Of a DNA stretch of 64,000 bases, positions 1 to 8,172 are shown piece after piece. Source of the DNA: Spirochaetia bacterium (GTDB lineage Bacteria > Spirochaetota > Spirochaetia > SZUA-6 > Bin103); NCBI GenBank assembly GCA_965203055.1, contig OZ241863.1, positions 1,280,001 through 1,344,000 of the forward strand, read 5' to 3'. The notes below the pieces were generated by a model, which made no database searches, was not told the origin of the DNA, and saw only the letters and a program-made list of their open reading frames with translations. Position 1 is the stretch's first letter; each line of letters begins with the position of its first letter. The translations under genes and the position numbers were made by a program.

Positions 1-390
1 CAGCTCGTTGCCGCCGATCGACACGGTCACCTTCTCGCCCTCGGCGCCGGTGAGCCCGTCCCAGGCGAACGGCTCGGAGCGGATCGTCAAGGCGCTCGGG
101 TCCGCTGCGTCAGGCAGCGGCAGCGCCGATGACCAAGCATCCTCTCCGATGTCCCAGCGCTGCTCGGCCGCCGCCGGAGTCGGGGCCGGCGCGGTCGGCG
201 ACCCGCCATTGCCCCCATTGCCGCCGGCTCCTCCGTTCCCCGCGCCGCCGGCGCCCGCGCCGCCGGTGCCGGTCGCGCCCGGCCGGGCCGTCTGCTGGCA
301 CGCCGCCAGCAGGGCGATGCCGGTGACCGCCGCCACCGCCAGCAGCGCGGCCTTGCCGCTCATCCTTCTTCCTCTATCCTTCCGTGCCAC
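1..390 (-). CDS. Predicted lipoprotein, 5' part only (runs off the window)
   Basis: Translated by hand (not in ORF track). GTG at 390 follows SD GGAGGAAGGA: MARKDRGRRMSGKAALLAVAAVTGIALLAAC-QQTARPGATGTGGAGAGG... Signal peptide with lipobox LAAC, Gly/Pro linker, open to position 1. Alternative ATG at 363. Confidence 0.75.
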   Translation of the reverse strand, partial: MARKDRGRRMSGKAALLAVAAVTGIALLAACQQTARPGATGTGGAGAGGAGNGGAGGNGGNGGSPTAPAPTPAAAEQRWDIGEDAWSSALPLPDAADPSALTIRSEPFAWDGLTGAEGEKVTVSIGGNEL

Positions 391-464
391 GTGATTCCTT
401 CCTCCTGGGCGCTCTGGGCGCGCCGGCCGCAGGCTGCCGCGGTCGGCTCGAATTTCCGTTTCAT

Positions 465-481
465 GGGGGGGGGGGGGGGGG
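465..481. repeat. G17 homopolymer (C17 on the lipoprotein coding strand)
   Basis: 17 consecutive G read directly, about 75 bp upstream of the lipoprotein start. Confidence 0.9.
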
Positions 482-488
482 TAGAGCA

Positions 489-697
489 TCACTCTTCTCC
501 TACCTGTATCCGAAGCGTCCGGTCGGCCAGGGTCTGGCGCGCCCAGAACAGGTTCTGGTACTGATCATTGCCGCTCGTCGCCAAGTTCGCGACCCCGGTC
601 GCGGTGGTGCCGCCGGTCGGCGCGCCAACAGAGCGATGCCGGCGGCCGCCGCGAGCGCCAGCAGCGCGGCCCTGCGACTCATGCCCTTCCTCGCCAT
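489..697 (-). pseudogene. Deleted/frameshifted paralog of the downstream lipoprotein
   Basis: MARKGMSRRAALLALAAAAGIALLA parallels the signal peptide of 1..390 but lacks the lipobox Cys. Continues in another frame as APTGGTTATGVANLATSGNDQYQNLFW... Confidence 0.55.
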
Positions 698-1009
698 CTT
701 CACGTTGTCGAATCCTTCCCGGCGCGCCGGACGAAGCATCGTCCACCATAATCCATGGTATCGACGGCGGTCGATCGGGTCAAACGCGGCCATCCAAAGC
801 ACTTCACTTATCGGTAATTTCCGTGGTGGGCCACGGCAGCCCGCCCCGCAGCCGCGGTCGGCCCGCGCCGCCGCGAGGACCGGAGTCGAAGACTCCTGCG
901 GCGTCGATCGGCTCCATCACCCACCTCAAAGCGCTTCCTCCCAGCAAACGCCTCGGCTCCGACGGACTCAGACAGAGAGGACCCGTCGCTCCGGCCGAGG
1001 AGGATCGCC

Positions 1010-1190
1010 TTAAGTTAAGTATCGTCCACCCGATCCCTGTCAAGAGCCGCGAGCGCGCGCAGGTCATCGCTCATCACCTGCCGCAACGGATCGAAGATCA
1101 CGTAGTAGCCGACCCCCATCCTGGCGTACTTCAGCCGCTTCTCCTCTCCCCGACCTCATTGCCTTTCCGGTTCGACACGATCTCCATAAC
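1010..1190 (-). pseudogene. Uma2-family endonuclease fragment (different subfamily from the adjacent pair)
   Basis: VMEIVSNRKGNEVG / frameshift / EKRLKYARMGVGYYVIFDPLRQV, matching the Uma2 EIVS...K...Y...GV..Y..FDP motif. Confidence 0.6.
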
Positions 1191-1293
1191 CGCACCGGAG
1201 GAGCGGCAGAAAGGCGATGCAGCGCCGGGCGCACTTCCAAAAAAGTGTGTTGGTGACTGCCGGCCGGAACCACCGGCCGGCGGGCGCCGGCGG

Positions 1294-2145
1294 TTATCTG
1301 CCTGGCGTGTCGTTCTCGCCCCGCTCGCGGAGCGCCGCCTCAAGCGCGGCGATGCGCGCTTCCGCCTGGCGCTGAGCGGCTTCCGCCCGGCTCTGGGCGG
1401 CTTCCGCCTGACGGCGGGCGGCGGCCTCGTCGTGGAGCCGGGCTTCCGCCTGGCTCTGGGCGGCTTCCGTCTGGCGGCGGGCGGCGGCTTCCATCTGCCA
1501 CCGCTGCTCCGCCCGCAGCCGCCCCTGTTGTTCTTCGTCCGACGACAGCAGATAGCTCCGCGTTACCGGATCGTACAACCGCAGCCCCTCCGCCTCCTGC
1601 CGCACTTCCAGCCCCAGCACCTCGCTCTGCAGCCGCAGCGTCCCGTCCGCCAATTCCTCCTCCGGCAGCCGCTGGTACCTTCCCCCGATCAGCTCCAGCC
1701 CCTGCAACGGCGGCCGCAGATAGTCCCCCGTCGGGTCGTATTGCCAGTACTCCCGCACTCCCAACCGCCGGTACGTCTCTCGCTTCGGCCCCTGATCCTT
1801 GTCCCGGGTGCTCGCCGAGGTGACCTCCAGCACGAAGTCCGGCCCCTTCGGTTCCTGCCACAACAGGTAGGAGTGGCGCGGTCGATTCTCTGCGCCGAAC
1901 ACCACGAACACGTCCGGCGCTACCGACTTCCTGGTTCTCCTCTGGTAGTAGATCAGCAGGTCGGCCGCTACGAACACGTCGTCGCGGTGGGCGTAGTGGC
2001 GCCGCAGCGCGTCGAAGGCGTAGACCAGGGGAATGAGTTGAAAATAGCTTTCCGCCAAAGGCTCACCGTCCGAACTGGGGTACTCGATCTCGACCGGAGC
2101 AACCGGAGCGAGTGCCGTGCCTGGCGCGCCTGCCGCGTAAGCCAT
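1294..2145 (-). CDS. Uma2 (DUF820) family endonuclease with coiled-coil tail, copy A, 283 aa
   Basis: YPSSDGEPLAES, APDVFVV, PDFVLEVTSAST, GVREYWQYDP motifs; SD GGAGG before ATG 2145; RQAEAAQ heptad tail. Confidence 0.9.
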   Translation of the reverse strand: MAYAAGAPGTALAPVAPVEIEYPSSDGEPLAESYFQLIPLVYAFDALRRHYAHRDDVFVAADLLIYYQRRTRKSVAPDVFVVFGAENRPRHSYLLWQEPKGPDFVLEVTSASTRDKDQGPKRETYRRLGVREYWQYDPTGDYLRPPLQGLELIGGRYQRLPEEELADGTLRLQSEVLGLEVRQEAEGLRLYDPVTRSYLLSSDEEQQGRLRAEQRWQMEAAARRQTEAAQSQAEARLHDEAAARRQAEAAQSRAEAAQRQAEARIAALEAALRERGENDTPGR

Positions 2146-2337
2146 CCGTGATCCTCCGCCGCCCACCATACTCCGAACGCGCCGGGTACCGCTACCGGAC
2201 ATGCGCAGCGGGCAGGAAAACCCCATGCTACAGAGGCTGGTCGGAGCCGCGCCGACGCGGAGGCCGGAGTGGCCAGCGACAATCAAGATGAGAACGTAGC
2301 GGCTACCTCCGGCCGCCAAGTAGGGCCTTGAGCAGGC

Positions 2338-2368
2338 GGGCAGCCGGGCAGCCGGGCAGCCGGGCAGC
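2338..2368. repeat. GGGCAGCC tandem repeat, about 4 units
   Basis: Read directly in the spacer between the two Uma2 copies. Confidence 0.7.
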
Positions 2369-2431
2369 TTGCCGAGCTGGCTGAGGATGTGCCGGGCATC
2401 GCGCCGCAAGGGCGCGCGTAGAGTCCAGCGG

Positions 2432-3283
2432 TTATCTGCTTGGCGTGCCGTTCTCGCCTCGCTCGCGGAGCGCCGCCTCAAGCGCGGCGATGCGCGCTTC
2501 CGCCTGGCGCTGGGCGGCTTCCGCCTGGCGCTGAGCGGCTTCCGCTTGGCGCTGAGCGGCTTCCGCTTGGCGCTGAGCGGCTTCCGCCTGCCGGCGGGCG
2601 GCGGCCTCGTCATGGAGCCGGGCTTCCGCCTGGCGGCGGGCGGCGGCTTCCCGCAGCCGCCCCTGTTGTTCTTCGTCCGACGACAGCAGATAGCTCCGCG
2701 TTACCGGATCGTACAACCGCAGCCCCTCCGCCTCCTGCCGCACTTCCAGCCCCAGCACCTTGCTCTCCAGCCGCAGCGTCCCGTCCGCCAACTCCTCCTC
2801 CGGCAGCCGCTGGTACCGTCCCCCGATCAGCTCCAGCCCCTGCAACGGCGGCCGCAGATAGTCCCCCGTCGGGTCGAACTGCCAATACTCCCGCACTCCC
2901 AACTCCCGGTACGTCTCTCGCTTCGGCCCCTGATCCTTGTCCTGGGTGCTCGCCGAGGTGATCTCCAGCACGAAGTCCGGCCCCTTCGGTTCCTTCCACA
3001 ACTGGTAGGAGTGGCGCGGCCGATTCTCCGCTCCGAGCACCACGAACACGTCCGGCGCCACCGAATCCATGGTTCCCTCGTTGTAGTAGATCAGCATGTC
3101 GGCCACCACGAACACGTCGTCGCGGTGGGCGTAGTGGCGCCGTAGCGCGTCGAAGGCATAGACCAGGGGAATGAGTTGAAAATAGCTTTCCGCCAAAGGC
3201 TCACCGTCCGAACTGGGGTACTCGATCTCGACCGGAGCAACCGGAGCGAGAGCCGTGCCTGCCGCACCTGCCGCGTAAGCCAT
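2432..3283 (-). CDS. Uma2 (DUF820) family endonuclease with coiled-coil tail, copy B, 283 aa
   Basis: Near-identical tandem duplicate of 1294..2145 at offset 1138 bp, including about 65 bp of upstream sequence; 21-bp repeats encode RQAEAAQ. Confidence 0.9.
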   Translation of the reverse strand: MAYAAGAAGTALAPVAPVEIEYPSSDGEPLAESYFQLIPLVYAFDALRRHYAHRDDVFVVADMLIYYNEGTMDSVAPDVFVVLGAENRPRHSYQLWKEPKGPDFVLEITSASTQDKDQGPKRETYRELGVREYWQFDPTGDYLRPPLQGLELIGGRYQRLPEEELADGTLRLESKVLGLEVRQEAEGLRLYDPVTRSYLLSSDEEQQGRLREAAARRQAEARLHDEAAARRQAEAAQRQAEAAQRQAEAAQRQAEAAQRQAEARIAALEAALRERGENGTPSR

Positions 3284-3362
3284 CCGTGATCCTCCGCCGC
3301 CCACCATACTCCGAACGCGCCGGGTACCGCTACCGGACACGCGCAGCGGGCGCACTTCCTGT

Positions 3363-3423
3363 TTGGTACCGATCCCGCCCCTCGAAGCCGCCGGAAGGCG
3401 TACTACGAGTACCGCGCCGCGCT
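3363..3423 (+). pseudogene. Short 3' remnant of a type IIG/IIL-like R-M gene; inverted copy at 55706..55766
   Basis: About 61 bp nearly identical to the reverse complement of 55706..55766, which encodes TDPALEAAGKAYYEYRAAL. Confidence 0.6.
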
Positions 3424-3488
3424 CAGGGCAGCCGCTTGGAAATGCGCCGCCGAGTCATGCCAGCAGGTGGCATATTCCGGGCCGGATA

Positions 3489-3525
3489 ACTTGACTCAAG
3501 TAGTTTCCATGATTATACTTATGTC
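3489..3525 (+). promoter_or_regulatory. Sigma70-type promoter for a leaderless HNH transcript, with a palindrome over the -35
   Basis: TTGACT(3491)-17 bp-TATACT(3514), then 6 nt to ATG 3526; ACTTGA-C-TCAAGT palindrome at 3489..3501; identical upstream of the copy at 55428. Confidence 0.75.
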
Positions 3526-4889
3526 ATGTACAATCATGCCTCCGACGAGGCCGTAACCACTACCGTATCCGCCCTCTCAGACGACCGCTTGCTGGAGCGG
3601 ACCAAGGAACTTTCCGGCATCGAACACCATCTCGAAGTGGTCGTGATCGACCACCTGCGCGAGATTCATAAGCGCCGCCTGTACCTGCGCCGCGGGTTTT
3701 CGAGCCTGTTCGATTACGCGGTGCGGGAGCTGGGTTACAGCGACGCCGCGGCGTGGCGTCGCATCAAGGCGATGCGGCTCTGCGCGGACGTCGAGGGCGT
3801 GCGGGAGCGCCTGCAGAATGGCTCGATGACGCTGAACGCGGCGGCGCAGTTGCAGCATGCGTTCGACCGGCAGGAGCGCAAGAAGGAACGGGCGGCGCGT
3901 AGCGCGCGGGGCGGGAGCGGGTTCGGGGCTGGCGCTCAGTCGCAGAACGGCTCGGCGCCGCCGCGGCCGGCGGAGCGGAAGCCGGAGCCGGTGCCGGTGC
4001 TGGACCCGGAGGCGCGGCGGGAGCTGGTGGAGCAGGCGTCCGGCAAGAGCAGCCGGGAGGTGATGCAGTTGCTGGCCGAGGTGGACCCGGAACTGGCGGC
4101 GCCGGCTGATCGTGTGCGGCCCCTGAGCGGCGGGCGCTGGGAGCTCAAGGCGGTGATCGACGATGAGTGCCGGCGGGGCTTGGAGCGGCTCCAGGGCCTC
4201 CTGTCCCACGTCGATCCGCACCTGACGATGGGGCAGCTCATGGGGCGGCTGGTGCGGGAAGGGCTCGACCGCCACGACCCGGCCCGACCGCCGCGCGGGC
4301 GGCGCGCCGCTTCGGCCAAAGGCGCCGAGCAAACTTCGGCTGCGAAGACGCAGGCGGCCTCGGTTCGCGGCGCTGCCTCGGCAGCGAAGCAGGAGGCGGG
4401 CGCGGACCGCGCCGCTCCTTCGGCGGCGAAAGTATCGGCTCAGGCGCCGGCGCCGCCGGGAGAGGAAGCCGCTGACCGCCCGGACACTTCGGCAGCGAAG
4501 CCGGCGACCGACACCACTTCGGCGCCGAAGACGCGGCGCCTCGGCCGACAGGCTGCGACGGCGGGCGCGGCGCGGGCTACGTCGCCGGCACGGACCGAAA
4601 CTTCGGCAGCGAAGGCCGGCGGCGCGACCGGCCGCGCCATCCCGGCGGCGGTCAAGCGCGAGGTGTGGCGGCGCGACCGGGGCCGCTGCCGCTACGTGGA
4701 CCGCGCCAGCGGGCGCCGCTGCGGCTCCCAACACCTGCTGCAGATCGATCACGTCGTGCCGTATGCTTGCGGCGGCGGCGCCGAGCCGAACAATCTCCGC
4801 CGCTGTGCGCCGCCCATCACCGCTACCGCCACGTCGGCGACGGATTCGGGCGCCCCGGCGAGGATCGTGAGGCGCCGGTAGATGGGTGA
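3526..4889 (+). pseudogene. DUF222-like/HNH endonuclease, copy 1, with a 1-nt frameshift in the HNH motif
   Basis: RAIPAAVKREVWRRDRGRCRY...RCGSQHLLQIDHVVPYACGG...NNL. One base is missing near 4800 relative to copy 4; LCAAHHRYRH continues in another frame to the stop at 4889. May be a read error. Confidence 0.8.
4333..4614 (+). repeat. Array of palindromic 15-bp repeats (ACTTCGGCNNCGAAG, encoding TSAAK/TSAPK) inside the HNH linker
   Basis: Copies at 4333, 4375, 4417, 4486, 4516 and 4600; start-to-start 42, 42, 69, 30, 84 nt, all in frame. Confidence 0.8.
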
Positions 4890-4997
4890 TCAATTTGGGA
4901 AATGCGCCCCAAGCCTCACCTCAGCGCGCTGTGGGCGGCGGCCGGCTGCTCAAACCCATCGCCGGAGGGGCGCGGCCGAAGGCCATCGCAGGCGCGC

Positions 4998-5033
4998 TTG
5001 ACGATACTTCCATATTTCGTTTATTGTAGAAAC
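4998..5033 (+). promoter_or_regulatory. Putative sigma70 promoter of arsR (leaderless)
   Basis: TTGACG-18 bp-TATTGT, then 6 nt to ATG 5034; AT-rich patch with no SD. Confidence 0.55.
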
Positions 5034-5441
5034 ATGGAGTCTGAATTCGATCCCTTGGCGGTGGAAGACGCCGCCTCGACCTTTGCGGCGCTCGGTTCGG
5101 AGCAGCGGCTGGCGGTCCTGAGCACCCTGGTGCGCGCCGGGCCGGCCGGCATCCCGAGCGGCACGCTGGGCGAACGCAGCGGGGTCACCGGCTCGACCCT
5201 GACCCACCACGTGCGCGTCCTGACCCAGGCCGGCCTGGTCCATCGCGTCAAGCGCGGCCGCTCGGTGATCTGCGCCGCGGCCGCCTATCCGAAGGTGCGG
5301 GCGCTTTCGGCCTACTTGCTGTCCGAATGCTGCACCGGCGATTCCGAATGCTGCGCCGCTGATTCCGAATGCTGCTGCGCCTCTCAGTCCGAGTGCTGCG
5401 CCGGCGGCGCGCTGCCCGCTACGCAAGCCGATCATGCCTGA
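5034..5441 (+). CDS. arsR: ArsR/SmtB family repressor with repeated Cys-Cys C-terminal tail
   Basis: FAALGSEQRLAVL...STLTHHVRVLTQAGLV winged HTH; tail SECCTGDSECCAADSECCCASQSECC; overlaps the permease start. Confidence 0.88.
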   Translation: MESEFDPLAVEDAASTFAALGSEQRLAVLSTLVRAGPAGIPSGTLGERSGVTGSTLTHHVRVLTQAGLVHRVKRGRSVICAAAAYPKVRALSAYLLSECCTGDSECCAADSECCCASQSECCAGGALPATQADHA

Positions 5442-6615
5442 ATCGACCGCCGCGCTCGGTGGGACCGCTTCGTTCCGCGGGACCGCCGCGGGGGCGTGCT
5501 GCCGAGACCGGCCCGGCGCCGCGTCTTCGCCGTCGCAGGCGCCGTCGCAGCCAAGTCCCCTGCGCCGCCGGTGGCGGGCGGCAGGTCATTGCCTGCGGCG
5601 GCTCGACGGGGCGTGGCTGGCGATCGGGCTGATCCCGGCCCTGCTCGCGCTGTTCGATCCCGGGCAGGCGCTGCCCGCCCTGCAGTTCGCCGGGGGAGCG
5701 ATCCTGCGGACCGGCGTGCTCATCGTCTGCGCGGTGCTGGCGGTGGCCTGGCTGAAGGCGGCCGACGCCGACCGGCTGCTGAGCCGGGCGTTCGCCGGAC
5801 CCGAGGTGCGGATGATCGCGCTGGGCGCGGTAGTGGGCGGGCTGGCGCCGTTCTGCTCCTGCGAGGTGATCCCCTTCATCGCCGCGCTGCTGGCGGTCGG
5901 GGCGCCGTTGTCGGCGGTGATGGCGTTCTGGCTCGCGTCGCCGTTGATGGATCCGGCGATGTTCCTGATTACCGCCGGCACCCTCGGCACCGGGTTCGCC
6001 GCCGCCAAGACGGTGGCGGCGGTGGCGCTCGGGCTGGCCGGCGGGCTGGTGGTGAAGGCGGGCGCCCGGAGCCCCGTGTTCGCCGCTCCGCTCCGGGCGC
6101 GGCCGGCCGCCGGCGCCTGCGCCGCCGCGTGCGGACCCGGCAGCGGCACCGGCGGCGGGTCCGATCCGCTGGCCGGCCGGCCGCAGTGGGCCTTCTGGCG
6201 CGAGCCGGCCCGCCGCCGGACGTTCCTCGGCACCGCGGCCGGGAACGCGCTGTTCCTGGGGAAGTGGCTGCTGTTGGCCTACCTGGTGGAGGCGCTGCTG
6301 CTGGAATACCTTCCCGCCGAGATGATCGCATCGGTCCTGGGCGGCGGCGGGCTGTGGCCGATCGTGCTGGGCGCGCTGGTCGGAGCGCCGGCCTACCTGA
6401 ACGGGTACGCCACCGTGCCGCTGGTCGAGGCGCTGCTGGCGCAGGGCATGTCGAACGGGGCGGCCATGTCGTTCGTCATCGCCGGCGGCGCCAGTTGCAT
6501 CCCGGCGGCGATCGCGGTCTGGGCGCTGGTCAAGCCGCGCGTCTTCGGCGCCTATCTCGGCATCGCGTTCGCCGGCTCCGTGGCCGCCGGCGTCGTCTGG
6601 AACGCGGTCGCCTGA
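5434..6615 (+). CDS. arsP: ArsP (DUF318) family permease
   Basis: Multi-TM protein with PFCSCEVIP, FWLASPLMDP and GAPAYLNG motifs; coupled to arsR. Confidence 0.8.
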   Translation: MPESTAALGGTASFRGTAAGACCRDRPGAASSPSQAPSQPSPLRRRWRAAGHCLRRLDGAWLAIGLIPALLALFDPGQALPALQFAGGAILRTGVLIVCAVLAVAWLKAADADRLLSRAFAGPEVRMIALGAVVGGLAPFCSCEVIPFIAALLAVGAPLSAVMAFWLASPLMDPAMFLITAGTLGTGFAAAKTVAAVALGLAGGLVVKAGARSPVFAAPLRARPAAGACAAACGPGSGTGGGSDPLAGRPQWAFWREPARRRTFLGTAAGNALFLGKWLLLAYLVEALLLEYLPAEMIASVLGGGGLWPIVLGALVGAPAYLNGYATVPLVEALLAQGMSNGAAMSFVIAGGASCIPAAIAVWALVKPRVFGAYLGIAFAGSVAAGVVWNAVA

Positions 6616-6641
6616 GCGCGCCGCAGGTCTCTTGGCTTAGC

Positions 6642-8138
6642 ATGTCCGCCGGCGCGTCTCCCGCACGGCTCCCGCCGCAGCTCCTGCGCGACCTGCGCCG
6701 CATGAATCCCTGGTGGGAGGGCGATCCGATGCCGCCGCAACCGCCCGCGCGCCGCCATCTGGTGACCTGGATACGCCGCCGTCTGGAGTCCGGCATCGCC
6801 CCGATCGTGGCGGTGCGCGGCCCGCGCCAGGTCGGGAAGACCACCGCCCAACTGCAGATCATCGCCGACCTGCTGGCCGAAGGCGTGCCTCCCGGCAACC
6901 TCCTGCGGGTCCAGTTCGACGAACTGGCGTCGTTGCGCGCGGTCGAGGAACCGATCCTGGCCATCGCCGACTGGTTCGAACGGAGCGTGGCCGAGGCCCG
7001 GTTCAACGAGCTGGCGCGCCGCGGCCGCACCGCCTATCTGTTCTTCGACGAAGTGCAGAACCTCGCCGGCTGGGACGCGCAGCTCAAGTCGCTGGTGGAC
7101 AATGCGGCGCTGAAGGTCGCCATCACCGGGAGCTCCGCGCTGCGTATCGAGCTGGGGCGCGACAGCCTGGCCGGGCGCGTCAGCACGGTCGAGGCCGGCG
7201 TGCTGTCGCTCACCGAGATCGCCGCGCTGCGCGCGCTGCCGGCGCCGCCGCCGCTGCTCCCGGACAACGGCCTGAGCCTGCTCATGGAGCAGGACTTCTG
7301 GCGGCGCCTGCGCGCCCACGGACTCATCCACGCGGCGGTCAGGGACGAGGCGTTTCGCCATTTTTCGGAGCGGGGCGGCTATCCGATCGTCCATAAGCAG
7401 GCGGCTGCCGACTGGGCCGTGCTCGCCGACCAGTTGCAGGAAACGGTGATCCGCCGCGTCATTCAGCATGACCTGCGCCACGGCGCCCGCGGCCGGCGGC
7501 GCGACCCCGCGCTGCTGGAGGAGATCTTCCGGCTGGCCTGCCGCCACGCCGGGCAGACGCCGGCGGCGGCCACCTTGGCGGAGGAAGCCCGGCTGACGCT
7601 GGCCGCCAACGTCGGCGTCCAGCGGGTGACCCACTACCTGCGATTCCTCGGCGACACCCTGCTGCTGCGCCTCATTCCGCCGCTGGAGATACGCCTCAAG
7701 CGCAAGCGGGGGAGCGCCAAGATATGCTTGGCCGATCACGGCTTGCGCGCCGCCTGGCTGCAGGAGCAGGTACCGCTGGCGCCCGATCGACTGGCGGCCG
7801 TTCCGGCGCTCACCACCCTTGCCGGCCATCTCGCCGAGAGCGTCTTCGGCTCGGTCGCGGCCACGATACCCGGCCTGGACATCGCCCACCTGCCCGCCCG
7901 GGGCGCGGACCGCGAGGTCGACTTCGTGTTGACCGCCGGCGCCCGGCGCGTGCCGGTGGAGATCAAGTATCAGCGCCGCATCGACCCCCTGCGCGACACC
8001 CTGGGCATCCGTTCGTTCGTCGAAAAATCGGCCAACAACGCCGCCTTCGGCGTGCTGATCACCCAGGCCGACGCCGCGCCCCTCGACGACCCGCGCATCG
8101 TCAGCCTGCCCCTCTCCACCTTCATGCTCCTCCGATGA
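6642..8138 (+). CDS. AAA_14 / DUF4143 ATPase
   Basis: NPWW, GPRQVGKTT, FFDEVQN, TGSS, GGYP, EVDFV...PVEIKY. Confidence 0.88.
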   Translation: MSAGASPARLPPQLLRDLRRMNPWWEGDPMPPQPPARRHLVTWIRRRLESGIAPIVAVRGPRQVGKTTAQLQIIADLLAEGVPPGNLLRVQFDELASLRAVEEPILAIADWFERSVAEARFNELARRGRTAYLFFDEVQNLAGWDAQLKSLVDNAALKVAITGSSALRIELGRDSLAGRVSTVEAGVLSLTEIAALRALPAPPPLLPDNGLSLLMEQDFWRRLRAHGLIHAAVRDEAFRHFSERGGYPIVHKQAAADWAVLADQLQETVIRRVIQHDLRHGARGRRRDPALLEEIFRLACRHAGQTPAAATLAEEARLTLAANVGVQRVTHYLRFLGDTLLLRLIPPLEIRLKRKRGSAKICLADHGLRAAWLQEQVPLAPDRLAAVPALTTLAGHLAESVFGSVAATIPGLDIAHLPARGADREVDFVLTAGARRVPVEIKYQRRIDPLRDTLGIRSFVEKSANNAAFGVLITQADAAPLDDPRIVSLPLSTFMLLR

Positions 8139-8172
8139 TGGCGAATCGAAGCGATAGCCGTGGTCGAGTCGG

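Noticed and set aside
1131..1133. Second selenocysteine candidate at the TGA in the Uma2 relic
   Set aside because: Homology continues in a different frame, so it is a frameshift and not read-through
1860..3120. Diversity-generating retroelement TR/VR pair in the Uma2 duplicates
   Set aside because: Differences are not confined to adenines (GCG/GTG, AGG/ATG) and no reverse transcriptase is in the window
4333..4614. Canonical CRISPR array
   Set aside because: Repeats are only 15 bp and degenerate, spacers are irregular, the array is inside a CDS and no cas genes are present. Kept as a non-CRISPR finding.
3526..4889. IscB/Cas9-like RNA-guided nuclease
   Set aside because: No RuvC motifs or PLMP N-terminus visible; only a C-terminal HNH
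1227..4910. Integron cassette array
   Set aside because: No intI, the junction motif lacks attC core sites, and the genes have mixed orientation and their own promoters
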